Positions 45,678-54,157 of a DNA stretch of 64,000 nucleotides are shown here, one piece after another. The stretch's first letter is position 1; each line of letters opens with the position of its first letter. The DNA is from Vicinamibacterales bacterium (lineage in GTDB: Bacteria; Acidobacteriota; Vicinamibacteria; Vicinamibacterales; 2-12-FULL-66-21): contig DATFFM010000184.1 in the NCBI GenBank assembly GCA_035250005.1, forward strand, positions 14,687 to 78,686, written 5' to 3'. The translations under genes were made by a program, and so were the position numbers. The notes under the pieces were generated by a model that saw only the letters and a list, made by a program, of their open reading frames with translations, searched no databases and was not told where the DNA came from.

Positions 45678-46175
45678 GTGTCGATCGAACAGCATCGGAA
45701 GGCGGCGCTGGCGTCGGTTCGCTGTTTCGTGCTCACGATCAGCGATACCCGCACCGAGGCGGACGACATCAGCGGAGACACGATCGTCGGGCTGCTCGGG
45801 GCGAACGGTCACGAGGTCAGATTGCGCGCTCTCGTGAAAGACGACCCGGCCGCGGTGCAGCACGCCCTGCGCGCGAACCTGGGAGTGGCGCAGGTGGTGA
45901 TCACGACCGGCGGCACCGGCATCACGTCGCGCGACAGCACCTACGAGGCGATGTCGCGGCTCCTCGACAAGCGGCTGGACGGCTTCGGCGAGCTGTTCCG
46001 GATGCTGAGCTTCCAGGAGGTCGGCTCCGCCGCCATGCTGTCACGCGCCTGCGCCGGCACGATCGGCCGCACCGCGGTCTTCTCGCTGCCGGGTTCCGAG
46101 CATGCCGTCCGCCTGGCGATGACCAGGCTGATCCTGCCAGAACTCGGCCATGTCGTCCGGGAGTTGAGTCGATGA
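45678..46175 (+). CDS. moaB: MoaB/Mog-family molybdenum cofactor biosynthesis protein
   Basis: VITTGGTGITSRD and SLPGSEHAV blocks. GTG start at 45678, preceded by TATAAT 7 nt upstream. Confidence 0.85.
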   Translation: MSIEQHRKAALASVRCFVLTISDTRTEADDISGDTIVGLLGANGHEVRLRALVKDDPAAVQHALRANLGVAQVVITTGGTGITSRDSTYEAMSRLLDKRLDGFGELFRMLSFQEVGSAAMLSRACAGTIGRTAVFSLPGSEHAVRLAMTRLILPELGHVVRELSR

Positions 46176-46194
46176 CGGTGCAGGGGCTAGGGCG

Positions 46195-47412
46195 ATGAGG
46201 ACGATGCGGCCGATCCGCGAGACGCTGCCGATGGACGAAGCGCTCGCGCTGGTTAACGAAGCAGCGCGGCCGACGACCCGAACCGAGCGGGTGTCGGTCC
46301 GCGAGGCGACCGGACGCGTGATCGCGGCCGCCGCGGTCGCGGCGGTGGATGTGCCCCCCTTCGACCGGGCCGCCATGGACGGCTACGCGGTCATCGCCTC
46401 GGATACGTTCGGCGCCGGCCGATACGAGCCGAAGCTGCTGCGCTGCATCGAGAAGGTCTATACCGGCGAAGTCCCGACACGGTCGCTCTCGCCCGGCGAG
46501 TGCATCGAGATCGCCACCGGCGCGCCGATGCCGGGCGGCGCCGACGCCGTGGTGATGGTCGAGGAGACCGAAAAAGCCGATGCCGACGGCGTCCGCATCT
46601 TCACCCCGGTGTACCCGCGGCAGCACGTGGGCCGCCGGGCGGCCGACATCGCGGTGGGCCAGGCGCTGCTCTCGGACGGCGCCGTCCTGAACGCGAGTCG
46701 CATCGGCGCGCTCGCCGCCGTCGGCGTGATCGAGGTGGAGGTCTACGCCCGGCCGAGGGTCGCGGTGCTCTCCACCGGCAACGAGATCATCGAGCCGGGC
46801 AGGCCGCTCGGGCCTGGACAGATCTACGACATCAACCAGTTCACGATCACGTCGATCGTCTCGTCGCATGGCGGCGTCGCCATCGCGCACCCGCCCGCGC
46901 CCGACAACCTCAAGGACCTCGTGACCGCCATCCGGAGCGCCGCCGATGCCGACATCGTCGTGTTCTCGGGCGGCAGCTCGGTCGGCGAGCGCGATCTGAT
47001 CCTCGATGCGATCCGCCAGATCGGCGAAGTGATCTTCCACGGGATCGCGGTGAAGCCGGGCAAGCCCACGGTCTTCGGCCAGGTGGACGGGACGCCGGTG
47101 TTCGGGATGCCCGGATACCCGACCTCGTGTCTCTCCAACGCGTACATGCTGCTCGTGCCGATGCTCCGCCGGATCGCCCGGCTGCCGGAATACACGCCGC
47201 GCACCGTCACGGCGCCGCTCGCGCGGCGGATCGTCTCGACAACGGGGCGGCACCAGTTCTATACCGTCCGGCTCGCCGGCGGCTCGGCCGTCCCGGCCTT
47301 CAAGGCCTCCGGCGACATCACGAGCATGTCGCTCGCGGACGGCTACATCGAGATCCCGGCGCAGACCGATATCGTCGAGGCCGGCGAAATGGTGGAAGTG
47401 AAGCTGTTCTGA
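46195..47412 (+). CDS. moeA: molybdopterin molybdotransferase
   Basis: MoeA blocks: PPFDRAAMDGYAV, VLSTGNEI, FSGGSSVGERD, GIAVKPGKP, GMPGYPTS. Confidence 0.9.
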   Translation: MRTMRPIRETLPMDEALALVNEAARPTTRTERVSVREATGRVIAAAAVAAVDVPPFDRAAMDGYAVIASDTFGAGRYEPKLLRCIEKVYTGEVPTRSLSPGECIEIATGAPMPGGADAVVMVEETEKADADGVRIFTPVYPRQHVGRRAADIAVGQALLSDGAVLNASRIGALAAVGVIEVEVYARPRVAVLSTGNEIIEPGRPLGPGQIYDINQFTITSIVSSHGGVAIAHPPAPDNLKDLVTAIRSAADADIVVFSGGSSVGERDLILDAIRQIGEVIFHGIAVKPGKPTVFGQVDGTPVFGMPGYPTSCLSNAYMLLVPMLRRIARLPEYTPRTVTAPLARRIVSTTGRHQFYTVRLAGGSAVPAFKASGDITSMSLADGYIEIPAQTDIVEAGEMVEVKLF

Positions 47413-47427
47413 CCCGGTGACACGTCA

Positions 47428-47910
47428 ATGTCTCACGCATCGCCGCTGACCACCGCTCCGCCGTTCGAGCTGCCGACGCAGAAGGGGGAGATGCGCTCGC
47501 TTGCCGGGTTCCTTGCGAACGGGACGGTGCTGCTGGCCTTTCACCGCGGCACCTGGTGACCGAATTGCCGAAGCCGGTTCGGTGAGCTGGCACGACACGC
47601 GAAAACCTATGACGCGCTCGGCGCGCAGGTGGTGGCGGTCGTGGCGCAGAAGTCCGAGGCCGTCCGGCGCTACGTCGAGGAGACGGGGCTGCCCTTCAAC
47701 ATCCTGGTGGATGAGTCGCGTGACGTGCTGAGGGCCTACGGCGTGTGGCACCGGATCGGGCTCGACGCGTTGAACATCGCCAGACCGGCACTCTTCCTCG
47801 TGGACCGAGCCAGCCGGATCCGCTTCTCGTTCGTCGCGGACCGGCAGCACGAGTTCCCGGGGCACGACGAGATCCTCGCCGCCATCGAGACACTGAACGC
47901 GCAGCCATGA
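47428..47910 (+). CDS. peroxiredoxin-like (AhpC/TSA, WCPxC-type) thiol oxidoreductase with in-frame TGA (candidate selenocysteine) at 47557-47559
   Basis: - The ATG at 47428 opens a 43-codon frame ending ...VLLAFHRGTW.
- TGA follows, then PNCRSRFGELARH..., in frame with track ORF 47629-47910.
- The motif reads W-[TGA]-P-N-C, where homologues have WCPxC.
- A hairpin follows directly after the TGA. Confidence 0.7.
47560..47582 (+). promoter_or_regulatory. candidate bacterial SECIS-like hairpin
   Basis: CCGAAUUG-CCGAAGC-CGGUUCGG: an 8-bp stem (two G-U pairs) and a 7-nt loop containing G, starting at the first nucleotide after the UGA. Confidence 0.4.
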
Positions 47911-48674
47911 TCGAGACCCACGACCTCCGGCGGGATTACGGCAAGACCACCGCTCTCCACGACTTGACGCTGCGCGTGAACCCGGGCGAGATCCTCGGCT
48001 TTCTTGGGCCCAACGGCGCCGGCAAATCCACCACGGTGAAGATCCTCGCCGGGATGCTCAAGCCGACGGCGGGCCGCGCCACGGTGGCGGGCTTCGATGT
48101 CGCGACCCAGGCCGTCGAGGTCAAGCGCCGCATGGGATACGTACCTGAGGCTGCCGTCCTTTACGACGCGCTCACGGCGCGTGAATACCTGCAGCTGGTC
48201 GCCTCGCTGCATCACCAGCCGTTCGACGAGGCCCGCCGGCGGATCGGCGAGCTGCTCGAGCAGCTGGATCTCTCGGCGGCCATGGACCAGCGCCTGGGGG
48301 AATTCTCGAAGGGCATGCGGCAGAAGGTCCTCATCGCCTCTGCGCTGCTGCACCGCCCGGACGTGGTCTTTCTCGACGAGCCCTTGACCGGGCTCGACGC
48401 CAACGCCGCGCTCATCGTCAAGGAGCTGATCCGCAGCCTCGCGGCACAGGGGCGAACCATCTTTTTCTGCTCCCATGTGCTCGAGGTCGTCGAGCGCATA
48501 TGCGCCCGGATCGTCATCATCGACAAGGGGCGGGTGGTGGCGGACGGCACCTCCGGCGACATCGCCGCCAACACGGGGACGACCTCGCTCGAAGCGGCGT
48601 TCATCGCGCTCACCGGCAGCCGCGACACCGCCCAGGTCACGCAGGACCTCCTTCGTTCGTTCGGCGACCGATGA
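47907..48674 (+). CDS. ABC transporter ATP-binding protein (ABC-2/DrrA-like)
   Basis: Walker A GPNGAGKST, signature FSKGMRQK, Walker B VVFLDEP. The ATG overlaps the upstream stop (ATGA at 47907-47910). Confidence 0.9.
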   Translation: MIETHDLRRDYGKTTALHDLTLRVNPGEILGFLGPNGAGKSTTVKILAGMLKPTAGRATVAGFDVATQAVEVKRRMGYVPEAAVLYDALTAREYLQLVASLHHQPFDEARRRIGELLEQLDLSAAMDQRLGEFSKGMRQKVLIASALLHRPDVVFLDEPLTGLDANAALIVKELIRSLAAQGRTIFFCSHVLEVVERICARIVIIDKGRVVADGTSGDIAANTGTTSLEAAFIALTGSRDTAQVTQDLLRSFGDR

Positions 48675-50284
48675 CAGGCCTGCTCGCGGCCGCCGGCATC
48701 GACCCGGTTCAGTGGCGCTCGCTGACAGTGGCCTACCTGCGCATGGATCTGCGGCGCGGCGGCGGCGCCTTGCGGAAGGACTCGCAGAAGAGCGCGTCGG
48801 CGCTGTCGCTGGCCGGTCTGCTGGTGGGTGCGGCGATCAATTCCGTGGTGATCGCGCTGCTCGTGTTTCTCATCCGCGACCCGTTGACCGCCGCGGTCGG
48901 CATGGTGACGATGGCGACCATGACCATCTCGATGCTGCTGTTGCTCGACTTCACCGGCTCGGTGATTTCTGCCGAGGATTACTGGGTCATTGCACCGCGT
49001 CCGGTGACGTCCCGCACCTACTTCGCCGCGCGGCTGTCGGCCGTGCTCGTCTACGTCATCGGTTTCTCACTGGTCCTGTCATTCATGCCCGGGCTCGTCT
49101 TCCTCGCGTGGCATCGCCTGGGCGTCGGGGCGTTCGCCGGAGCACTCGCCGCGACCGTGCTGTCGGCGGTCGCCGGCTCCGCCGTCGTCATCGCCGCGTA
49201 TACCTACCTGATCGCGCGGATTGCACCGTCGCGTCTCGTGCGCGTCATGAGCGGCGTCCACCTCTTCGCCTCCGTCCTGTCGATGGCGGGGTTCCTCGTC
49301 GTGATGAAAGGCTTCGAGAACGCGACCGTCCGCGAGTATTCGCTCGGCGATCTGGCGTGGATCTGGTACGTGCCGGTGACATGGTTCGCGGCCATCGTGC
49401 CGGTCCTGGGCGGGACCGGCAGTGGGCGCGAGATGCTGGCCGCGGCCGGCGCCACGCTCCTGACCCCGATCCTCCTGTCGCTCGCGTGCGGCCGTATCAC
49501 GCTGGAGTTTGCGTCGCACCTGTCGGAGGCCACGTCATCCGGGCCTGCCAGAAGTCGCAGAACCATCGAGCGGATCCCGGGCTTCTCCCGGGGAGAAGCC
49601 TACGCCGTGGCTACCCTCGTGCGCGCCCAGTTCCGCAACGACTTGCGGTTCCGGCTCGGGATTCTCGGGATCCTCCCGATGACGGCGTTCTATCTGTTCC
49701 TCGGGTGGGACGAGGGGCTGTGGACGGATCCGTTTGCCGTCAGGGCCAAAGGCGGCGGGGCGCCCGTGTACATGGCGCTCGCGTTCTTGCCGATGATCCT
49801 CCACAGCGCACTCCAGGTGTCGGACCACTGGCGGGCGTCGTGGATCTTTCTGGCGACGCCGGCGGATCCCGCCCGGCTGCTGGTCGCGACGAAGAATTTC
49901 GTGGCGATCTTCGTGCTCGGCTCGTATCTGCTTCTGATGGCGGGCTTCTGGACGATGTTCTACGAGCGCGTCTGGCACGCGCTGGTCCATGCGCTGTTCG
50001 TGGGCGCGGGCGCGCACATGCTGCTGCAGGCCTCCGTCATCCTGAGCCCCGGGCTGCCGTTCGCGAAAGAGCCGAAGCGCACGGAGCAGTCCGGCCGGTT
50101 GTTCTTCCTGCTGTTCGTCGGGATGCTCTTCACGTCGCTCGGCCCGGCGCTCCTCCCGTTCGTCTACAGCAGCGCGGCACGCACGATCGCGCTGGCGGCC
50201 GTGCTGGCGGCGGTCACCGCCGTTCTCGAACGGACGCTGCACCGCCGCGCACGGGCCTTCACCGCGGAGCTCGAAATGGCGTAG
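48671..50284 (+). CDS. polytopic membrane protein, probable permease partner of the ABC ATPase
   Basis: More than 10 hydrophobic helices. The ATG at 48671 overlaps the ATPase stop (ATGA). No conserved motif recognised. Confidence 0.65.
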   Translation: MTGLLAAAGIDPVQWRSLTVAYLRMDLRRGGGALRKDSQKSASALSLAGLLVGAAINSVVIALLVFLIRDPLTAAVGMVTMATMTISMLLLLDFTGSVISAEDYWVIAPRPVTSRTYFAARLSAVLVYVIGFSLVLSFMPGLVFLAWHRLGVGAFAGALAATVLSAVAGSAVVIAAYTYLIARIAPSRLVRVMSGVHLFASVLSMAGFLVVMKGFENATVREYSLGDLAWIWYVPVTWFAAIVPVLGGTGSGREMLAAAGATLLTPILLSLACGRITLEFASHLSEATSSGPARSRRTIERIPGFSRGEAYAVATLVRAQFRNDLRFRLGILGILPMTAFYLFLGWDEGLWTDPFAVRAKGGGAPVYMALAFLPMILHSALQVSDHWRASWIFLATPADPARLLVATKNFVAIFVLGSYLLLMAGFWTMFYERVWHALVHALFVGAGAHMLLQASVILSPGLPFAKEPKRTEQSGRLFFLLFVGMLFTSLGPALLPFVYSSAARTIALAAVLAAVTAVLERTLHRRARAFTAELEMA

Positions 50285-50290
50285 CGGGGG

Positions 50291-50890
50291 CTACTTGAAC
50301 CGCTTGTTCACCGCATCCCAGTTGACGACGTTCCACCACGCCGTGATGTAGTCGGGGCGGCGGTTCTGGTACTTCAGGTAATAGGCATGCTCCCAGACGT
50401 CGAGGCCGAGGATCGGCTTCTTGCCCTCCATCAGCGGGCTGTCCTGGTTCGCGGTGCTCTCGATCACCAGCTTGCCGCCGGCGTCCAGCAGCCAGGCCCA
50501 GCCGCTGCCGAAGCGGGTCGTCGCGGCCTTGGCGAACTGCTCCTTGAAGCTGTCGAAGGTGTTGAACGACGACTTGATCGCGTCGCCGATCGCGCCGGTC
50601 GGCTGGCCGCCCTTGCCGGGGCCCATGATCTCCCAGAACAGCGTGTGGTTGACGTGGCCGCCGCCGTTGTTGCGGACCGCCGTCCTGATGTCTTCGGGCA
50701 CGCTGTTGATCCCCTTGATCAGGTCCGCCGCGCTCTTCTGCTGAAGGTCGGGATGCTTCTCGATCGCGGCGTTGAGGTTGTTCACGTACGCCGCGTGATG
50801 CTTATCGTGATGGATCCGCATCGTCTGTTCGTCGATGTGCGGCTCCAGCGCGTTGTAGTCATACGGAAGCGGCGGGACTTCATGAGCCAT
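50291..50890 (-). CDS. Fe/Mn superoxide dismutase
   Basis: [22 protein letters not shown] and [18 protein letters not shown] signature. Confidence 0.95.
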   Translation of the reverse strand: MAHEVPPLPYDYNALEPHIDEQTMRIHHDKHHAAYVNNLNAAIEKHPDLQQKSAADLIKGINSVPEDIRTAVRNNGGGHVNHTLFWEIMGPGKGGQPTGAIGDAIKSSFNTFDSFKEQFAKAATTRFGSGWAWLLDAGGKLVIESTANQDSPLMEGKKPILGLDVWEHAYYLKYQNRRPDYITAWWNVVNWDAVNKRFK

Positions 50891-50916
50891 CTCTGCTGTC
50901 TCCTTCTGTCGTCATT

Positions 50917-51009
50917 GGGGTCAGAGCTTGAATTTGTCGGGTCCTGAGAAATCATGCCAGCAATCTTGGCACCAAAAAAATGGCGGCGACAAATTCAAGC
51001 TCTGACCCC
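50917..51009. repeat. 93-bp palindromic element with GGGGTCAGA termini (variant arms GGGGTCAGAGCTTGAATTTGTCG)
   Basis: Perfect 23-nt arms. It shares the terminal TTGGGGTCAGA...TCTGACCCCAA with the copies at 17064 and 31915. Its right arm encodes the last four codons (GVRA) and the TGA of nadA. Confidence 0.9.
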
Positions 51010-52155
51010 CAACATCCGATCCAGCGCCAGCCGGGCGCCGCGCTTCTGATCCTCCGGGACGATGATCTGGTTGTGGATCGTGCCCTCGACCAGCCCCTCG
51101 AGGATCCACAGCAGGTGGTTGGGCGACACCCGGAACATCGTCGAGCACAGGCAGCCGAACGGATCGAGCGTCACGATCCTCTTGTCGGGTGCGAATTCGT
51201 TCGTGAGCCGGTTCACGAGGTGGACCTCGGTGGCCACCGCCCAGGTCGTGCCCGGCGGGCTGTTCTTCACGGCGTTGATGATGTACTCCGTGGAGCCGCT
51301 GTCATCGGACGCCTGCACCACGTCGAGCGTGCACTCCGGATGCGCGATGACCTTGCCCTCCGGATACTGCTTGCGGAACGCGTCGATCTGCTGGGTGGTG
51401 AAGCGCGTGTGAACCGAGCAGTGCCCCTTCCACAGGATCAGTCGGGCCTTCTGCAGCTGCTCCGCGGCGACGCCGCCCCACATCTCGTGGGGATCCCATA
51501 CAACCATCTCCGCGAGCGGGACACCCATCTTCCAGCCGGTATTGCGGCCCAGGTGCTGATCGGGCAGCATCAGCAGCTTCTCCCCGCGCTCCCACGCCCA
51601 CGTCATGACGGCGGCGGCGTTGGTCGAGGTGCAGACGATCCCGCCGTGGGCGCCCACGAACGCTTTGATGGCGGCGGACGAATTGATGTAGGTGACCGGG
51701 ACGATGCCCTGGCGTCCGTTCTCGACGGCGTCGGTGCGGATGCCCATCTGCTCGAGCTCGCGCCACGCGATCTCGAGCTGATCGGGCGCTGCCATGTCGG
51801 CCATGGAGCAGCCGGCCGCAAGGTCCGGCAGCACGACCTTCTGGTGCGGCGCCCGCAGGATGTCGGCGCTCTCGGCCATGAAATGGACGCCGCAGAAGAC
51901 GATGAATTCGGCCTCGTGCTTCGTGGCCGCGGCGCGCGCGAGCTTGAGCGAGTCGCCGGTGAAGTCGGCGAACTTGATGACCTCATCGCGCTGATAGTGA
52001 TGGCCCAGGATCACGACGCGGCTGCCGAGCGCCCGCTTGGCAGCCGCGATCCGCTCGTCCATCTCGTCGTCCGACAGACGCAGGTATTTCTCCGGGAGCG
52101 GCTGGCGCTCGCCGATGCTCTCCTTTTCGACCTGGTTCAGTAATTTGATGTCCAT
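50995..52155 (-). CDS. nadA: quinolinate synthase
   Basis: NadA blocks: ILGHHYQRDEVIKFADFTGDSLKLA, CGVHFMAESADIL, AGCSMADM, AHPEC, CSTM. Confidence 0.92.
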   Translation of the reverse strand: MDIKLLNQVEKESIGERQPLPEKYLRLSDDEMDERIAAAKRALGSRVVILGHHYQRDEVIKFADFTGDSLKLARAAATKHEAEFIVFCGVHFMAESADILRAPHQKVVLPDLAAGCSMADMAAPDQLEIAWRELEQMGIRTDAVENGRQGIVPVTYINSSAAIKAFVGAHGGIVCTSTNAAAVMTWAWERGEKLLMLPDQHLGRNTGWKMGVPLAEMVVWDPHEMWGGVAAEQLQKARLILWKGHCSVHTRFTTQQIDAFRKQYPEGKVIAHPECTLDVVQASDDSGSTEYIINAVKNSPPGTTWAVATEVHLVNRLTNEFAPDKRIVTLDPFGCLCSTMFRVSPNHLLWILEGLVEGTIHNQIIVPEDQKRGARLALDRMLGVRA

Positions 52156-53288
52156 GGTGTCGCGGCGGCGTGAACCTCATCCGGTTCATTCGGACCGGTG
52201 ACCACGTTGTACAGGGTATCGCGCTCGACGGGTTCGCGCCCGGCGGCGCGGATGAGTCGACGGATTGCCGCGGTGCTCAGGGTCTCGGGCGTGCGGGCGC
52301 CCGCCATGTGGTAGATCTTCTCCTCCTGCACCGTGCCGTCGAGGTCGTCGGCGCCGAACCAGAGCGCCTGCTGGGCGACGTCGACTCCGGTCGCGATCCA
52401 GAACGCCTTGACGTGCGGGATGTTGTCGAGCATCAGCCGCGACACGGCGTGCACGCGCAGCGTGTCGGTCGCGGTCGGCGGCGGCAGCTTGCGCATCTGG
52501 TTGTTGTCGGGATGGAACGCGAGCGGGATGAACGCCTGAAAGCCGCCGGTCTCGTCCTGGAGCGCCCGGGCGCGCAGCATATGGTCCACGCGCTCGGCGT
52601 ACGTCTCGATGTGCCCGTAGAGCATCGTGACGTTCGTCCGCAATCCCATCCCGTGCGCGAGCCGGTGGATGGAGAGGTAACGGTCGGCGTCCGCCTTGTC
52701 GTGCGCGATCTTCTTGCGGACGCGCGGCGCGAAGATCTCCGCTCCACCGCCCGGCAGCGAGTCCAGGCCCGCCTCTTTCAGCCGCTCGAGCACCTCGCGG
52801 TCGGTCATCTGGTAGATGTCGGAGAAGAACGCGATCTCGACCGCCGTGAAGCACTTGAGATGGATGCCGGGCCGCAGCTGCTTCAGGCCGCGCAGCATAT
52901 CGGTGTAGTACTCGAACGGCAGGTCGGGATGCAGGCCGTTCACGACATGCACCTCGGTGAGCGGCTGGTGAGCACGCTGGCGAACCTTGTCGAAGACCTG
53001 CTCGAGCGACAGCGTGTAGGCCGAGGGGGAGTCGGGGGTCAGGCGCGCGAACGAACAGAACAGACAGCTTGCGACGCAGACGTTCGTCGCCTCGAGCCGG
53101 ATGTTGAAGTTGTAGTAGGTCAGCTTGCCGTGGCGCCGTTCGCGCTCCCGGTTGGCGAGGTGGCCGACGGCCAGAAGATCCGGGCACTCGAACAGCCGCA
53201 CGCCCTCGTCGAAGGTCAGGCGGTGCCCCGCCTGCACCTTCGCGGCGATGTCGGCGAGGCCGGCCGCCGCGATCCGGCGTTCGATCAC
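52137..53288 (-). CDS. radical-SAM futalosine-pathway enzyme (MqnE/MqnC family)
   Basis: CVASCLFCSF CxxxCxxC cluster. N-terminal IAAKVQAGHRLTFDEGVRLF and overall CofH/MqnE-like pattern. The GTG start at 53288 overlaps the upstream stop (GTGA). Confidence 0.8.
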   Translation of the reverse strand: MIERRIAAAGLADIAAKVQAGHRLTFDEGVRLFECPDLLAVGHLANRERERRHGKLTYYNFNIRLEATNVCVASCLFCSFARLTPDSPSAYTLSLEQVFDKVRQRAHQPLTEVHVVNGLHPDLPFEYYTDMLRGLKQLRPGIHLKCFTAVEIAFFSDIYQMTDREVLERLKEAGLDSLPGGGAEIFAPRVRKKIAHDKADADRYLSIHRLAHGMGLRTNVTMLYGHIETYAERVDHMLRARALQDETGGFQAFIPLAFHPDNNQMRKLPPPTATDTLRVHAVSRLMLDNIPHVKAFWIATGVDVAQQALWFGADDLDGTVQEEKIYHMAGARTPETLSTAAIRRLIRAAGREPVERDTLYNVVTGPNEPDEVHAAATPWTSNY

Positions 53289-53785
53289 GCGACACCCATG
53301 ATCTGCAGCCGCAGCGTGCGGGCGCGCGGGCCGTCGAGCTCCGCCGCGAGCACGCGCTGCCACTGGCCGAGAACGATCTCGCCGCCGCTGACCTGGAGCG
53401 TCAGGCTGTGGCCGAGCAGCATCGCGCGAAGGTGCGCATCCGCGTTGCGGCGGTCGCAGTCGGACTCTGCGGGATCGTTGTGCATCCAGTCGGTATCGCG
53501 ATCGATGATCTGCTCGAGCACGCGCTTGATGTCGGCGTGCAGCGCCCGCTGCGCCTCGTTGATGAACACCGCGCAGGTCGTGTGCAGCGACCACACGCTC
53601 AACACACCTTCACGCACCCCGGCGCCCGCGACGAACGCCGCCAGCGGCCCGGTCAGGTCCACCAGTTCGACCCGCTCGCGGGTCTGAATCGTGACCGTGT
53701 CGGCGTGGACCACCAGCGATCCGGCTGACGAGGATGGGCCCTGCACCGGCGTGCGGCGTACCGTCACTGTCGAGGTCTTGCTCAT
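53285..53785 (-). CDS. YjbQ/UPF0047 family protein (secondary thiamine-phosphate synthase-like)
   Basis: LHTTCAVFINEA...NADAHLRAMLLGHS...GQWQRV is typical of UPF0047. ATG at 53785. Confidence 0.8.
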   Translation of the reverse strand: MSKTSTVTVRRTPVQGPSSSAGSLVVHADTVTIQTRERVELVDLTGPLAAFVAGAGVREGVLSVWSLHTTCAVFINEAQRALHADIKRVLEQIIDRDTDWMHNDPAESDCDRRNADAHLRAMLLGHSLTLQVSGGEIVLGQWQRVLAAELDGPRARTLRLQIMGVA

Positions 53786-53853
53786 CAACTTTTATTTTAG
53801 GTGATATTCTCGTCAGGCAACTGACGAGGAGCCGGCTCGCACGAACCGGCTCC

Positions 53854-54035
53854 GCCCGGCGGTCATGGAAGTGGGTGCAATGCCCACGCGGTGCCGCCAC
53901 TGTAAGCAGGGAGTGCGTTCCCTCGTCTGCGCTCACGTTCGGTGAGCTCAGGCGGCAGAAGCCACTGTGCAGCAATGCATGGGAAGGCAGGGAACGCCGA
54001 ACAGACCTGCGAGCCAGGATACCTGGCTGCCGGGC
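53854..54035 (+). promoter_or_regulatory. cobalamin (B12) riboswitch aptamer
   Basis: - GGAAGTGGGTGCAATGCCCACGCGGTGCCGCCACTGTAAGC matches the conserved core.
- AGCCACTG...GGGAAGGC box present.
- B12-box-like GAGCCAGGATACCTGGC present.
- P1 candidate GCCCGGC (53854-53860) pairs with GCCGGGC (54029-54035).
- It sits upstream of a btuB-like receptor. Confidence 0.75.
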
Positions 54036-54157
54036 TGGTCTCGCCCAAGCCGCCATTGACGGCGGCCGGCGGACCTGTCTCGCCGAAGCCGCGGTTTGTC
54101 GCGGCGAAGGCGGACCGTCCTTTTCCACGGCGCGTTACACGCCGCAAAGGAGCCCGC

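Noticed and set aside
47425-47865. 146-aa reverse-strand ORF across the peroxiredoxin locus, and the alternative reading of that locus as a pseudogene
   Set aside because: The reverse ORF has no motif and is antisense to a frame with clear thioredoxin-fold features. The pseudogene reading cannot be excluded from sequence alone. It is less likely because the only defect is a TGA exactly at the first Cys of the conserved WCPxC motif, followed by a hairpin. It is kept as the alternative in the finding.
53942-54157. N-terminal 72-codon extension of the TonB-dependent receptor ORF in the track
   Set aside because: This stretch overlaps the cobalamin riboswitch and its expression platform. A GTG at 54158 with an AAAGGAG site is followed directly by a signal peptide.
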